Part shown: piece after piece, positions 1 through 13,571 of the stretch
How positions within the stretch are numbered: the stretch's first letter is position 1
Layout: the number at the start of each line of letters is the position of its first letter
DNA from: Lama glama
Taxonomy: Eukaryota
DNA: 64,000 bases
Assembly: GCA_028534125.1 (NCBI GenBank)
Contig: CM052840.1
Span: 8,060,001 to 8,124,000 of the forward strand
Reading direction: 5' to 3'
Translations under genes and position numbers: made by a program
Notes under the pieces: generated by a model
What the model saw: only the letters and a program-made list of their open reading frames with translations
Told to the model about the DNA's origin: nothing
Database searches by the model: none

Positions 1-99
1 TAAGAGAATCTGATTGTCATCTTAGATTATAAAAGAGTTCTCTAAATTTTTTTTTAACTCAGAAGCTACAAAGGAAAGTGTATCTTTGGACTTGATTAT

Positions 100-505
100 A
101 TAAAAATTGTAATCATCTGAACTGCAAAAAGCATTTTAAAAATCAAAAGGAAAAGTAAAAAACTGCCAAATATATGACAAAGGATTAATATTCTTAAATA
201 CAAATATGCTAAAAACCCATAAATTAATAAAATTTGCATATTGGTAACCCTTCTAAAATCAGTAAGATAGGCAAATGCATGCGATTTGCAGGGTTTTGTT
301 TTTTTTTTTTTAAGAGAAAACGGCCAATAAAACATTGGAAATTGGCTCAGTTTCATTTATAACTAATACATGCACATTGAAATAGCTTACTTTTTACTCC
401 CGGGAATGGGAGTATAACCCTCTTTTGAGGTATTGATAAGTGTAAATTGGCAAAACTTTTTCAAGGACAATTTGACAACATTTAAAAACATGGCCATGAC
501 TCAGA
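100..505 (+). mobile_element. Old L1 fragment (L1ME-like, ORF2 3' region); appears to resume at ~1244-1380
   Basis: A-rich, with degenerate L1 motifs (ATATATGACAAAGGATTAATAT; GTGTAAATTGGCAAAACTTTTT...GGACAATTTGACAAC). Confidence 0.55.
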
Positions 506-1243
506 AATCGGTTTTCTCTGCTTCCCTTACTCCCTGGATGCACTCACCCAGTCCCATGTCTTTAAACATGTCCTGTAGGCGGATGACACCCAAAGGAGGC
601 GCCCAAAGGCGGTATCTGGCCCTGACCACTCCCCTGTGCCCCAGGCTCCCTTCTGAAGCCCTCCCCGGGCTGTGTGGTCGACACAGGAGACCTCAGTCCA
701 CACTGGGACCCTTCTTCCCCAAACTTGCCCCTCCTGCCCCTCCTCCCTTCCACCCCTTCTCAGTAAATGGCCCCACCACTTAGCATTTTAGCAAAGTCCC
801 CAAGCCTAGGAGTCCCCTCTGATACTCCTTTCTCTTAACCGTGTCAGAAACATTTCCATCTCGGGGCCTTTGTGCTTGCCGTTCTGGAATGTTCTCTCCC
901 TCACTGTGCTGTGGGAGCTCAGGTGTTCGGCCCAATGTCCAGGTATCCCCTTAGAGAAGCCTTTCCTGACCAGCCGCTCTGAAATAGGAAACTTATCGCT
1001 CTCCACCTCCTCGCTCTGCTTTGTGGTTCTCAGCACACATCACTATCTGACATCATGACTGTATTGGCCTGTTTATTGTCTTTCTATCCACTAGCACATA
1101 CGTACTATTAAAACAGGATCCTTATCTGCCTTCAACACTGTGTTCCTAGTACCTAGAACATTTCCTGCACATAGCACATTCCTGTACATAGAACATTTCT
1201 TGCACATAGCAAGCTCTCAAAAATAGCTGTGGAATAGGTGAAT
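506..1243 (+). mobile_element. L2 LINE 3' portion
   Basis: CTCACCCAGTCCCATGTCTTTAAACA...GATGACACCCAAA and L2 terminus CCTAGTACCTAGAACA...CACATAG...GTGAAT. Confidence 0.75.
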
Positions 1244-2285
1244 CTAGTAATTTACCCTACAGATGTTCATGGCAGATTTTATAATATATATAAATAATAT
1301 ACAATAATATCTAAAATAGTCAATTAAATGCACCTTAATAGGAACTGATTAACAATTGAATGAATTATGATAATTTTTTAAAACATCAATTTCCTCATAT
1401 AGACTACAGAGTGGATAAAAGTACTTGGCTCATGTGGTTTTTGTGAGAATAAAACAAAATGACACCCAGCAGTTGGTACTTAGATACACTCTGTAAAGGC
1501 TAGCTGCTGGTGGCCAGTCACTGCTTAGCAGACATTTACAAAAAATGAGTGAAACCAAATGTCCTGACCTGGAAGATGTCCACAACATATTGTTTAAAAA
1601 AAAAAAACACTGAGATTGTAAAGCAATATGAATACAAATATGACGCTAAAACAAAGCCCAGAAAATATCTGGGAAAACATCCCAAACTGATGATGATTGT
1701 GGCAACCTCCTATGGTGAGTATAGTTCCCAGAGAAAGGGAACTCCTCTTTGTCCTCAGAAGAATGCCCTCCTTTAGCCCTCCTACAGCTGCAGGGCTCCC
1801 AGGGTTAGCCAGGACTCGGGGAAGCCTGGTTATTCACAGAGCATGTGTTTTTTTCCTTCTACAATTAAGTGTATAAAGTGATGGGAACTCAATGACAGTT
1901 TTTAAGTTTGGAAACTTAACCAGTGTCACAAGTGCTTTCTTGAACAACGCAATGGCATGAGAGTTGCCCCAGGACAGCAGTATTGCAGAAGGGTAACGAG
2001 GATGAAATAACACACTTCACAATGTCAGCAGCTTTATTGCACCGCTCATGTGACAGGAATGGCAACTACAAGGGCTCTAAGGAGAAAAGTCCACATTTTT
2101 TGGTGCCAAGTAACCCGTTACCAAAGGAGAGGATACTCCACAAGCAAAATTAAAACTCACATTGCTACAGTCCTGTACGAGAGTCAAGGTTCCATGGACC
2201 CTTCTGGAGCATCACCTACCTGAAGAAGTCCACACACCCCGAGCAGCAGCCAAAGGAGGAGACAAAATGAGGGGAGGGGGAGGAG

Positions 2286-2380
2286 GCGTGAGGGAAATAG
2301 CTCAGCAGCAGAGTGTGTGCTTAGCATGCACGAAGCCCTGGGTTCAATCCTCAGTACCTCCATTAAATTTTTTTTTAAAT
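2286..2380 (+). mobile_element. Vic-1-type camelid SINE (tRNA-Ala-derived)
   Basis: GAGGGAAATAGCTCAGCAGCAGAGTGTGTGCTTAGCATGCACGAAGCCCTGGGTTCAATCCTCAGTACCTCCATTAAA: A box, B box (GGTTCAATCC), AT-rich tail. Confidence 0.85.
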
Positions 2381-3127
2381 GGTGGGGGAGAGTGGAGCAT
2401 ATTGGGATATAATTTCAACATAACCTCCCCAAGCAGCTTCCCTGTTCCAAGCTTGGAGGACTCTCCCTGAAAGAATTCAGTCCGTACAGAAATCCTACAC
2501 ATTTGCAACTGTCTGCTTACATGGGTTTGTTGCGTTGGCCCTCCATCCATTCATTTCACAAAATTTCCTTTGAATCACTGCCATTCCCCTTTTTGAGTCC
2601 TCTCATGGGGAACAATCCAGCACCTGCTCAGAGGGGATGATTCCCAAAGCCATCTGTAGATGTTGGGAATAAAATAAGTGAGCTTGGAAAAAATTTATAT
2701 AGCTTCCTTGAACCACAGAAAACATTCTAGACCTTTGCTCTGTGTTTCCTCCACATTACCTTGTGCTCAAGGAAGGCACTGAACAGAGGACACAGCAACA
2801 GCTAGACTGGCCAGGTCACTAATATTTGTGGAAGGGAACAGGGAAAAATCAAATTAATTGAGACCCACAATCCTGGGAATGGCTTCTAGGACAGGAAGAA
2901 GCTGGTTCTCAGTTGTCCATTTTCGATGACCCTTCAGGACCAACCTAATCCCATCAACTGTTGCTCCTTATGGGGTGTCCTTTCTACCTTTGGTTTAAAC
3001 TAAACCAGATCTCACCAAAAGTTGGTTTTGTTTTAAATCTTCTCTTTCCTTTTTAGGATCTGAGTCTAAGTAATGAGCTAAGTCCATATAAACTCCATGT
3101 AGGAAGTTGCCCCCAAAGACACTGGGT

Positions 3128-3792
3128 AAAACTCAACAATAAGAAAATTAAAACGCCGATTAAAAGTCATACACCCATTTGGTGTATACCTTCACCAAAG
3201 AAGACGTACAGATGGTAAATAAGCATACGAAAAAATATTCCACATCACATGTAGTCAGGGAAATGCAAATCAAAACGAGATACCACTGCACACCTATTAG
3301 AATGGCTAAGATCCAAAACACTGACAACACCAACTGCTAGTAAAGATGTGGAGCAACAGGCACTCTCATTCCTTGCTGGTGGGAACGCAAATTAGTACAG
3401 CCACTTCGGGGGTCAGTTTGACAAGTTTCTTGCAAAACCAGACATACCCTTACCATATGATCAANNNNNNNNNNNNNNNNNNNNNNNNNNNNNNNNNNNN
3501 NNNNNNNNNNNNNNNNNNNNNNNNNNNNNNNNNNNNNNNNNNNNNNNNNNNNNNNNNNNNNNNNNNNNNNNNNNNNNNNNNNNNNNNNNNNNNNNNNNNN
3601 NNNNNNNNNNNNNNNNNNNNNNNNNNNNNNNNNNNNNNNNNNNNNNNNNNNNNNNNNNNNNNNNNNNNNNNNNNNNNNNNNNNNNNGGAAACTTAAACGT
3701 GTATCTCTAAGTAGAAGAAGTCAATCTAAAAAAGCTACATACTGCATGCTTCCAACTATATGACATTCTGGAAAAGGCAAAAACTGTGGTGC
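3128..3792 (+). mobile_element. L1 fragment (L1MB/MC-like ORF2 end and 3'UTR), spanning an assembly gap
   Basis: CACCAAAGAAGACGTACAGATGGTAAATAAGCATACGAAAA...GGGAAATGCAAATCAAAAC...CACACCTATTAGAATGGCTAA; after gap GGAAACTTAAACGT...GACATTCTGGAAAAGGCAAAAACT. Confidence 0.85.
3465..3686. other. Assembly gap
   Basis: Run of N. Confidence 1.
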
Positions 3793-3945
3793 AATATTGT
3801 GATTTACAAGAAAAATATATATTTCGTTGTTCAGATGACCAAAATATATTTCTCATATATGTTTGATCTTTGTCCATGGTTCCTGTCTCATAGCTCCCCA
3901 AACTCTTAGAAAAGTATGCCCAGCTCCCCAGATTCTTTAGAAACA
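3793..3945 (+). mobile_element. MER21-like LTR 5' fragment
   Basis: ATATTGTGATTTACAAGAAAAATATATATTT...TCTTTGTCCATGGTTCCTGTCTCATAGCTCCCCAAACTCTTAGAA resembles the MER21 LTR start. Confidence 0.5.
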
Positions 3946-4859
3946 CTTCAGTTCCTTCCAGATGTCTTGCTTATTACTAATTCTAAAATTAAATGCAGAG
4001 TTTTGGGGGTGAGGATGATATTTCTGTTCATTTTTTTAAAGAAGATATTTGAATATTGCTCTCCCCTATAACCACATATGTTTCAAACTTAAATCTTGAG
4101 TTAAAAGATAAGCTACCCACCATGAGCATTTCAAAGGACTTCCAGGATTTCCATTTAAATTCAGCAATTCCTGCACTTAACCTTTCTTTATTCCTTTGGA
4201 TTTTCCCGACAGGTTTGCACATCTTTTCCGGCCCTACCCTAGCTCCAGTCTCTCCCGGACATCAGTATGTGCCTTAGCAGGCAGTTCTTTCTAAGGGCAG
4301 GTCAGACAGGAAAAAGCTTCCATCAACTCAGCAGGAAACTGGTGGACTCATGTTCTGCCTCCTTCCTTGAACTTCACTTTCCTCCACCCTCACCCTACCC
4401 CACCCCTGGATGGAAAATCCAGCATAGTTGGAGACAGAGAAGGACGAGTGAGCTGTGGAGGGGTACTTCAGGGGAAAGCTATGGGGGGTCGGGGGCACTC
4501 ATATGAACAGGCAGTCAGTCTACAGTCGGGCTTGACTGAACCCTCGGATGGAGTAAGGAGCCAGAGCCAGTCACTCAATGCTGTGATCCTCTCATGCCTT
4601 TGCTGAGGAATGTGGGAAGCAGCAGCATAAATGTACATCCTAAGACTTAAACTTTGCAAGGAGCTTATTTCAGTCAGATTCATTTTACTAACAATTGCTA
4701 AGTATCATTTTAGCAAATGCCCAGTGCTATTACTAAAGTGCTGGCTGTGTAAAGATGGAAAGTTGTTTTTTTTGGGGGGGGGGCCCTAGGAAACAAAGAA
4801 ACCCCAGACTACTGTTCTGAGAGACATTCTCTCCCAGAGGAAATCATCATAGAGACAAT

Positions 4860-5770
4860 TTAGAAAGTTTAGGAAAGTGGAAGAAAACAACCAACACAAG
4901 GCACATCCTAGTAACATTTCATGATACTGGGGAACAAGAGAAGATCCTTAAAGTGTCCAGAGATGGGGAAGAAAAGAGCATGTACTTATTAAAAAGGATG
5001 AGGCATCATTGTGGGACAGCCATGTAATGTTTCAAAGTCCTGAGGGACAAATATTTCCAACGTAGAGTTCTTTACCCAGTTTGAAACTATCAAACAGAGA
5101 GGAGGGTAGATAAGAGACTTATTTAGATATTCAAGATCGCAGCATTTTCCTTCCATGCCCCCTTTCTCAGGAAGCTTCTAGATCAAGGAAAAGGAGGACA
5201 ATGGATCCATGAGGACGGGCATCTATCTAACTCAGGAGGGACACAAAAGGAATCCCCAAAATGCTGGTGAAAGAAAACTCCAGGATGACAGCTCTGCCCC
5301 AGCTCAGAGTGGAGCAGGTCAGAAGGCCCGCAGAGAGCTGTGCCCTAGAAGAAGTGGACAGAATTCCTGGTGTGTTGGAAGGAAAACAGTCATACAAGAA
5401 AAGAAATATAATTATGATGCACTACATGGCTCATGCATGAATACCATTCCTGTACTCGAAATAATGTAACTACTGGGTGTGGCTCTAACCCAAAGTGTGA
5501 CTTAACCACACTGGGAAAGTGAGTGGGAATACCGTCCACAGAATTCTCACCATAGGCGGCATTCCATGGTAAGAATTCACTGGACAATGCCTAACCGGAA
5601 AATTAAGAAGTAAATGAAAATGAGAAAGGAAAAGCCAAACTAGTTGGAAGTGTTTGATGCCAGAGAATGGTAAATAGAGAGAAGTGGGGAAGGCATTGGT
5701 GTTTTTTGTCATAAGCTTTGTAGAACCATTTGACTTTTACATTGTGTGTGTATATCTTTGGTTAAAACAT
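4860..5770 (+). mobile_element. HAL1 (half-L1) element: ORF1 relic plus 3' region
   Basis: Degenerate ORF1 (RHILVTFHDTGEQEKILKVSR...FKVLRDKYFQRRVLYP...PFLRKLL), then HAL1-typical CCAGGATGACAGCT motif and 3' end, with no ORF2. Confidence 0.75.
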
Positions 5771-6868
5771 ATATATATACGTTAGGACCTATTCTCATCT
5801 AGAGAAATTTCCATCTTCAATGGCCTGGAACCACCGCTGTGATTTTAGAAAGACTATATGGAGCAGCACTTAGAGCACGAGCTTTGAGTCTGACGTACCT
5901 GGACCCAAATCCTGGAGCAGAGAAATGACATCAGCTAAGACGCAGCTAAGCATGGACCCAACCTCATTCCAACACTGGCATTCCACACACATCCACCGCT
6001 CTCTTTGGTCCAGACACTTCCTCATCGGGGAGGCAAGTGAAAGGAGAAAGGGATGATGGCCTGGCCTGAGCAGACAATGTGGCCCTTCACCTCTTCAGCT
6101 CTCTCGGTCTCCCAGGTTGATGAGGAGTAAATGAAGTCTGGAGAAAATTCGGCTCTCGGGTTCTCCTCTCGGTAGGAGACCCGCACACGCACGCACCTGC
6201 TCCTGCCGCCCCACCCCTGCTCTCCCTCCTCCTTACCCCTCAGTTCACCTGCCTCCTCCCCCTCCTCCTCCTCCTAAGTTGGGGCAGGAGGCCCAGCTCC
6301 GGGGAGGTGCTGAAGCTGTGTGCCTTTCAGCCCTTTAAGTCTGCCATTTTATCCTCTGTTCCTACGACCAGGGTCTTGGGCTGCTGCTCTCAGTGTGTTG
6401 TCAGGTACCCCTCTGATGCCTGAATTAATACTAATGGGAAGCCCTCTCGCCTGTTTGCTCACTTTCCTTTCTGCTCAGTTTCCCCCCGTTGAATACCCCT
6501 CAGTCTGTGCTGTGCACTCATCTGTCAGCCCTTTCTTGGATCCATTTTAAAAGGAGCCTGAATATCTTACACATGGTTTGTTACTCTAAGGCCTGTAATT
6601 CAGAAGCAGGGTAGGAAAGGAAATTGTACTGAAATCTGCCTGATTAGCCATCTGGACGCCACCCGCTTGGAACCGCAGACCATTGGCTCAGCCTTTTGTT
6701 GTGGGTTGAATGAGTCTGCCCTCCAAACTTGCTAGTGTTTCTTATTAAATGGCTCATCTAGGGGTCAATCCTTGTCATTTGAGGAGCTCACCAAAGGCTC
6801 TTCTGACCCCAAATACTTTCTTTCGTGGACTGATAATGCTCAAAATTTCACCTCTGTAGAAGTCATTC

Positions 6869-6919
6869 TGTTTTGTTTTGTTTTGTTTTGTTTTGTTTTG
6901 TTTTGTTTTGTTTTGTTTT
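6869..6919 (+). repeat. (TTTTG)n microsatellite, about 10 units
   Basis: Directly visible pentanucleotide tandem repeat. Confidence 0.97.
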
Positions 6920-8394
6920 CTCAGATTTGAACCAAAGGAGTGAGCACAAGCAGCTTTGGGAGGGTTTGCATATGAAAGCAATGATTAGCGTCTGGATTGG
7001 AGGACTCTTCACGGTGAGAGCAAGATGGAGAAAGGAGTTGTAAAGTCCTAATGCAAGGATGGGTGGATGGGTGAATGGGTGGACAGGTAGGTGGGGGACC
7101 ATGGGCTACTTCTCAACTTTGCCTGGAAGCAGCTGTGATTTTAAGGCAAAAAAATGTTAGGCACTCCCACTCACCAAGGTCATTTCTCATGGTTTCTTTC
7201 CCTTCCTAAGAAGCCAGTACACAACAAATACTTATTAAAGTCTTAAAGTTCTAGCCAGAGTCCAAAGAGAAAGTACAGAGTGCAACAGGAAGGTAAAAGT
7301 GAGGGTAAATCAGTCACCAATCTTCAATACCTTCTGGGTTCAGAGATACGAGCCACCACTGAACACAAAGATACAGAGCCTGCCTTTAAATTTACACTAG
7401 AGTAGCAGGAGACACAGACACGGGATGGGGAGGGAAAGGCAAATGATATATATGTACACACATACACTCTCTTATAGTGATATGTATTATATATACACTT
7501 CTCCCCATTTGTCTCTTCATATCTTAGACTGCAAGTTTACACACATACATGCACGTAGTGTTCAACACATACAAACAAGTCAACATAATAACCTCTCCAT
7601 CATCACTATCAGACAAAGTCTGAATCCCATGGACTGGAGGAATGGCCCTTCACCCACTGTCTCCTCTTAGACTCCTTTAGCAGCCTCAACTCAGCAAAAC
7701 TGTCTCCTGTCCTTTGTTTTGTTATTGATTCTCCTCCATCTCTTCTATTTTCTCCTTCTACTCCTTAATCACATGTTAACCATCCAGGATCTGTTCTCCA
7801 AGTCTCTTATCTTTTCCCTGAAGAGTGTCTTCTCTTCGCGTTTTTGTTTGTTTGTTTTGGTTGGTTGGCTTTTTTTTCTTGCTGTAAGATTTTTTTCTTC
7901 CACCCGGTCTTCCTAATTATTCATTTGAATCTCAACAGTGTCCGTCCTCTCCTTCCAGTTGTGTACTGAACACTTTAGTTTGCAAATAACAATTTTTAGT
8001 TGGAAATTCTTTTTTGAGCAATCCATGAATTCCCTTAGGTGGTCTTATTTTCTTGATTTAAAGTCAGTCAATATCTTTCAGGCTGCTCCGCTTTGCTCCC
8101 ATTGTTTTATTTCATCTTCACCTATTTGATGGAGGGCTGCCCTTGTCTGTGTTATTTTTCTTTGTCTGCTCTGTGAGACCTCTCCCAGCTGTTGGAATTC
8201 CCTTGGAGACTAAGGTCTTAATTGCTCTGAGCTGCCTGCCAGTCCTGCAGCTGTTTGAATCTGTTCTGATAATTAGGTTTAGAGTTGGGAATGATGGGGA
8301 AGTGGGAGGAAGTCAAGTTGCCATCCACCCTAAATCCCCTAGCTAGCTCTGAGAACTGAGTATTTAGACTGCACTCCACTGTATTTTCAAGAAT

Positions 8395-8560
8395 CCTAAA
8401 CTTAGAGTCAATGACCTGGATTTGAATGCAGTGTTTTCTTCACCATCGGAGTGATCTTGAGCATGTCCTTTAAAACACAATGTTCCCCTTCTTCGTGCAT
8501 AAATTCAAGATTAGCCATATTGCCTTACTTGCCTCGAAGGGTTTGTTATGAGATCAGGTA
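8395..8560 (+). mobile_element. MIR SINE fragment
   Basis: AGAGTCAATGACCTGGATTTGAAT...GTGATCTTGAGCATGTC...GGGTTTGTTATGAGATCA. Confidence 0.6.
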
Positions 8561-10865
8561 AAACAGTAACTCTCAATTTTAAACACTGATATTTCTTTGT
8601 AATTGCTATTATTCCCAATCCTAGCTCTTTGGCTCTCTTTGACTAAAGTAATAGGGATGGAAAAGGAAAGCACTTGAAAAAAATTATGAAATACCTACAG
8701 CTCCTGGAACTCTACAGAGAATTGCCTACAAACAGAAAGATCATTACATGTTTTTCAGAAAACTACTAATTTATCTGTTTAGCACAAGCTGCAAACAAGG
8801 AGAAGGCAGAAGAAAGGCAACTGCAGAAACACACCAACACTCTCCCTCCCTCCCTCCCTCCCTATTAAGCAGGGAGCAGGAGACATAAGAGGAAATGCAG
8901 GAGAGGGGAGGACAGAGATTAAGTACAGTGGTTTGGGGGTCAGAGAGATGGTCTTGCTCACCAGGTACCATTTATGGACGTAGGGCAAGCTGTTTTATCT
9001 CTCAGAACCTATATTCTCATCTGTTAAAAAAAAAAAAAAAGGCAAATAATATGCTAGCATTGCCATGAGGGTTTTGTGAAGATAAAGCCAAATTCCTGAC
9101 ATCATCAATTCTCCATAAATGGGATTAAATGGCATATGTATTTCCTTTTTCAGACTACTCACACAACATGTGTTTGACTTTACAGATTGACATTTCTCCC
9201 TTTTTCTGGCTTAAACCCTTAACTCATTACTTGCTGTTTAAGGTCGGGGGTGGGGAATCCCTTTCTTGAGTTATAAAATGACAACTCTTCTGTGAGGGGC
9301 TTGGATGATGAGTTTTTCCTCCGTCAAGAAGGAAAATAAAGTGAAATTAACATTCCCATTAGCTGAGCACAGGCCGCAGAGAGACTGGCAACTGTCACTA
9401 CGTCATCACGGGGCCACACTGACAAGCAGGGACACGGAGTGCCTGGTGCACCACTGTATGTCTAATTATAGAGTCTTTAATTCCCTGGCCTATTTTGGCA
9501 GGGACGGCCCCCAGCACAGATTTGTGCAGACAAATAAAGCCTCTGCATCTTAACACTCGGCTTGACAGCCAGCAGGGCTTACTGAACACCTGCTTAGTGC
9601 TAAGTACTGAGCATTAGGGGGAATCAAAAGAAATTAAAGAGTGGTCCCTGCTCTTGAAGAGTTTACGGTCTGCACAGTCAAGTTGCTTCCATGCTCTTGC
9701 CTTAAAAAAAATTATATATATTCTTCCATACAATTTGGATTTCTCAGACCCTTTTAGTAAAAGCCTTATACTTTGCGTCATTCAACCCTCTTCATTTCAT
9801 AGTTTGCAGAGTTTGCGTGGCTTGTTTATGCAAAAATTATACTGTTTCAGGGAATAGAATAAGTTAATGACGGTTTCCGAGTACAGATCTAATGGAGTTC
9901 TTAATGACCATTTTCCCTTCCTTTGACTGCTTCAGGCATCCTGAATGGGGCATGTGACCCAGTTTTTAATCACATCTTTGTTTTCCTTTGCACCAACACA
10001 CAGATACAGAAGACTGACCTAAAGGGGAAAAGGGAAGCCTCAGACGAAGTGGACAGTGTGTGAGTTGGCAGCCAGCCCCAATGGTGGGGCGGTGGGGGAT
10101 GTATGGAGCCCTGGGGTCTCAGTCAGCAGCAGCCTGGCATCCCCATCCTTCTGCCCTTGTGCAGGAGCCTCCTGGAATTGCTCCATCTTAGACCCTCTGA
10201 AGAATCGTCCCTGAAAGAGCCGGTAGAGAGCAAGCTCCTGGAAGTGGGGTCTCTCTTAGGAACTTCTCTGGCTGAGACATTAGAAGAAGATAGTGTCAAT
10301 TTTCTTGCCAAAACTCATCCAAAGCCTTCAATAAGTTTTATTTCATTTAATCCAAATGTCCATACCAACGCTAACTCCCAGTCCTCAGAACTCTCCTCAC
10401 CGCCTCTCCCTCGGGCTATAATTAAGCACTCCGAGCGATGAGTGGAGCCTGCAGGAGGGCAGACACCAAAGGTTCCCATCCCCATGTACACAGCGATTGG
10501 TTCTGTGACTAATTGCTTTAGTCTTGTTACTGAACCACTTCCAGGCAATGTTTCCTTGTCTGTAAAGTCAGACTCTCGATACTTCCTTGAGCGTCCCTGC
10601 CTGAAAAGAGGAGACATTCAGGGAATGACAGCTTTTCTTATCTGTTCACCTCTGGGACTGGTTTTTACAGGTGACCGTCCCTGTGGTGACCTCCTTTGAG
10701 AGAGATGTAGGTTCCATTCTTGGCTCCTTAGTAGAAGCCTGCAGAGAAACTCCAGGAAACCTCTGGAGACAAGGGCTGCCGAGTGCTACCTTCTGCTCAG
10801 AATGACAGCCCTGGAGGGGACTTAGCGATCACCTGGGCTTCTCCAGTTGTGGAATCTCGAGTAAG

Positions 10866-11257
10866 TGCTGTAGACTGAGTGTGTGCACCCCCCCACCCCC
10901 CACAAATTCATACGTGGAAACTTAACCTCCAACGTGATGGTTTTTGGAGGTGGGGTCTTTGGGAGGTGCTTAGGTCATGAGGGCTCTGCCTTGTCATGTC
11001 ACATCCCATGTCATGATGGGATTACTGGACTCATAAAAGAGCCCCGTCCCCCCTGCCCCAGAGCTCCCCCACCCCTTCTTCCTTGCAAGGAGACAGTGAG
11101 AAGAAGGCTGTCAGTGAACCAGGAGCGAGCCCTCACCACACATTGGATCTGCTGGTGCCTTGATCTCATACCTCCACCTTCCAGAACTGTGAAAATGAAA
11201 TATTTGTTGTTTAAACCACTCAGTCTATGGTACTTTTGTTATAGCAGCCCAAACAGA
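10866..11257 (+). mobile_element. MLT1A-type MaLR solo LTR
   Basis: TGCTGTAGACTGA...AAATTCATACGTGGAAAC...CCAGAACTGTGA...TTGTTGTTTAAACCACTCAGTCTATGGTACTTTTGTTATAGCAGCCCAAACAGA. Confidence 0.9.
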
Positions 11258-11989
11258 TTCATTAGCTTTCAAGTGGAGATAACACTAGTGAGACCACAAT
11301 CAGGAGGTGATCCCAGGGGTTTAAAGGTGTTCATGTGCACAGTGTCTAGAACAGCGCCAGGAGCAGGGCACTCTCTAGGCAAGCATTTGCTCCGAGGGCC
11401 ATGACTCCAGGCTCACAAAGGGAGCTGGTGGTGGATCTGGTGGTGGATCTGGTGTTGGAGCTACAGCAGACACAGATCTCCTGATCCCTTGCCCAATGTG
11501 CTTCCCCAGATCCTGGGACTTGACTTTCCTAAACTGTGCCTTCCTAGGTCTTTCTTTTGGCTTAGATCTATATTTACTGTTTCATGCAGCAGGATAAATC
11601 TCCAGGTGTAAATTTCCCATTGTTCACAAACCTAGGGTGAAATATTAGCCTAGATTAATCTGAATGATGATTTAATCCAATTATATGCAATCTTTTTCAA
11701 GACATAGTTTTGAAAATATTTAGATAGTAACAAGAATTTAAGCCATACAGTGTGGAAGGGAAAAACTGATGTTGCTCATGTTTGATGCAGGCAGCCAGAA
11801 AGGAATGACAACATCTAAAAACTATAATCCAATCAGTGCCCCGAAGCCTTAAGAGATGGGTTAATCACCATTCACATTAAACTCCCCAAGTCTCATGGAA
11901 GAGATGATCAGGTTCAGCCCAACCTCTCACACCCCAGGTGATGGGCAGCACTACTTTTGCCTTGGCCTTGGTTTAAAGGTACAAGCCAA

Positions 11990-13190
11990 TTTAAAAACAA
12001 ACAGAGGGTCTGAATAGACATTTTTTCAAAGAAGATATACATATGGCCAGCAGGTGCATGAAAAGAGGCTCATCATCCCTAACCATCAGGAGAATGCAAA
12101 TCAAAACCACAAGAGATACCACTTCACACCTGTTAGAATGGCTGTTATCAAAAAGATAAGAGAAATGCTGATGAGGATGTGAAGGAAAGGGAATTCTCAT
12201 GCCACGATAGTTGAAATGTAAAGTGGTATAGCCACTATGGAAAACAGTGTGGTCGTTCCTTAAAAAATTAAAAATAGAACTACTATATGACCCAACAATT
12301 CCATTTCTGATCATTTATCCAAAGAAAACAAAAATACTAACTTGAAAAGCTATATGCACCCTCATGTTCACTGCAGCATTATTTATAACAGCCAAGGTAT
12401 GGAAACAACCTAAGTGTTCATCAGTGAATAAATAGATAAAGAAAATATGGTGTGTGAAATACATATATATATATATATATACATATATAGTGGAATATTA
12501 TTCAGCCACAAAAAAAGATGAAATTTTGCCATTTGTGACAACCTAGGTAGACCTGAGGGCATTATACTAAGTAAAACAAGTCAGATAGAGAAAGACAAAT
12601 ACTATATGATCTCATGTATATGCGAAATCTAAAAAAACAAACAAACAAAAATGAAAAAACAAGCTTATAGATACAGAGAACAAATTGGTGATTACCAGAG
12701 GCAGGTGTTGGTAGGTAGGTGAAATGGGTGAAGGAAGTCAAAAGATACAAAAGTGCAGTTATAAAATAAATAAGTCCTGGGGATGTAATGTACAGCATGG
12801 TGACTATAGTTCAGTAATACTGTACTGTATGTTTGAAAGTTGCCAAGAGAGTAGATCTAAAAAGTTTTCATTACAAGAAAAAAAAGAAAATTCTGTGACT
12901 ATATATGGTGATGGATGCTAACCAGACTTCCTGTAGCAAACATTTTGCAACATGTACAAATACTGAAACATTACGTTGTACACCTGAAACTAAAATCATG
13001 TTCTATGTCAATTTTACCTCAATAAAAAAAGACAAAAAGAAATTGTAACCATGTGATGCAGTGAATGTTATCTAAACTTATAGTGATCTTTATTTTGCAA
13101 CATATATATAATCAAATCATTATATTGTACACCTTAAAGTTGTACAATGTTATATATCAAATACACCTTAATAAAACTGGAAAGGGAAAA
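11990..13190 (+). mobile_element. L1 3' end (L1MA9-like) with tandemly duplicated terminal segment
   Basis: ORF2 C-terminal motifs (TGAATAGACATTTTTTCAAAGAAGATATAC...ATGCAAATCAAAACCACAA) and 3'UTR, with two AATAAA plus A-rich ends at ~13021 and ~13170. Confidence 0.9.
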
Positions 13191-13196
13191 GTTCCC

Positions 13197-13571
13197 TATT
13201 ATGGACTAAATTGTGTACCACTTACCTGCTCAATTCATATGTTGAAGCCCTAACCCCCAATGTGACTGTGTTTGGAAGTAGATCCTTTAATGAGGTGATT
13301 AAAGTTAAGTGAGGTCCTAAGTGTGGGGCCCTAATCCAATAGGATTGCTGTCCTTATAAGAGGAAGAGACACCAGGAGCACATGTACACAGAGGAAAGCA
13401 CATGAGGACACAGCAAGAAGGTGACCGTCTGCAAGGACAGAGGTCTCAGGAGAGAGTAAGCCACCACTTTGATCTTGGACTTCCCGCCTCCAGGACTGTG
13501 AGTAAATAAATACTGTTGTTTTAGCTCCCCATCTATGGTACTTGGTTAAGGCACCTCTAGCTGACTAATGC
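13197..13571 (+). mobile_element. MLT1B-type MaLR solo LTR
   Basis: TATTATGGACTAAATTGTGT...AATTCATATGTTGAAGCCCTAACCCCCAATGTGACTGT...GGGCCCTAATCCAATAGG...GACTAATGC. Confidence 0.9.

Noticed and set aside
2286-2380. tRNA-Ala gene (also 17047 and 50429)
   Set aside because: Mismatched stems and SINE-type AT-rich tails; these are Vic-1-type SINE copies.
10883-11404. 173-aa ORF
   Set aside because: Lies mostly within an MLT1A LTR; non-ATG start.
11425-11462. Three 12-nt direct repeats (TGGTGGTGGATC)
   Set aside because: Simple local tandem duplication with no spacers; not CRISPR-like, and the DNA is mammalian.
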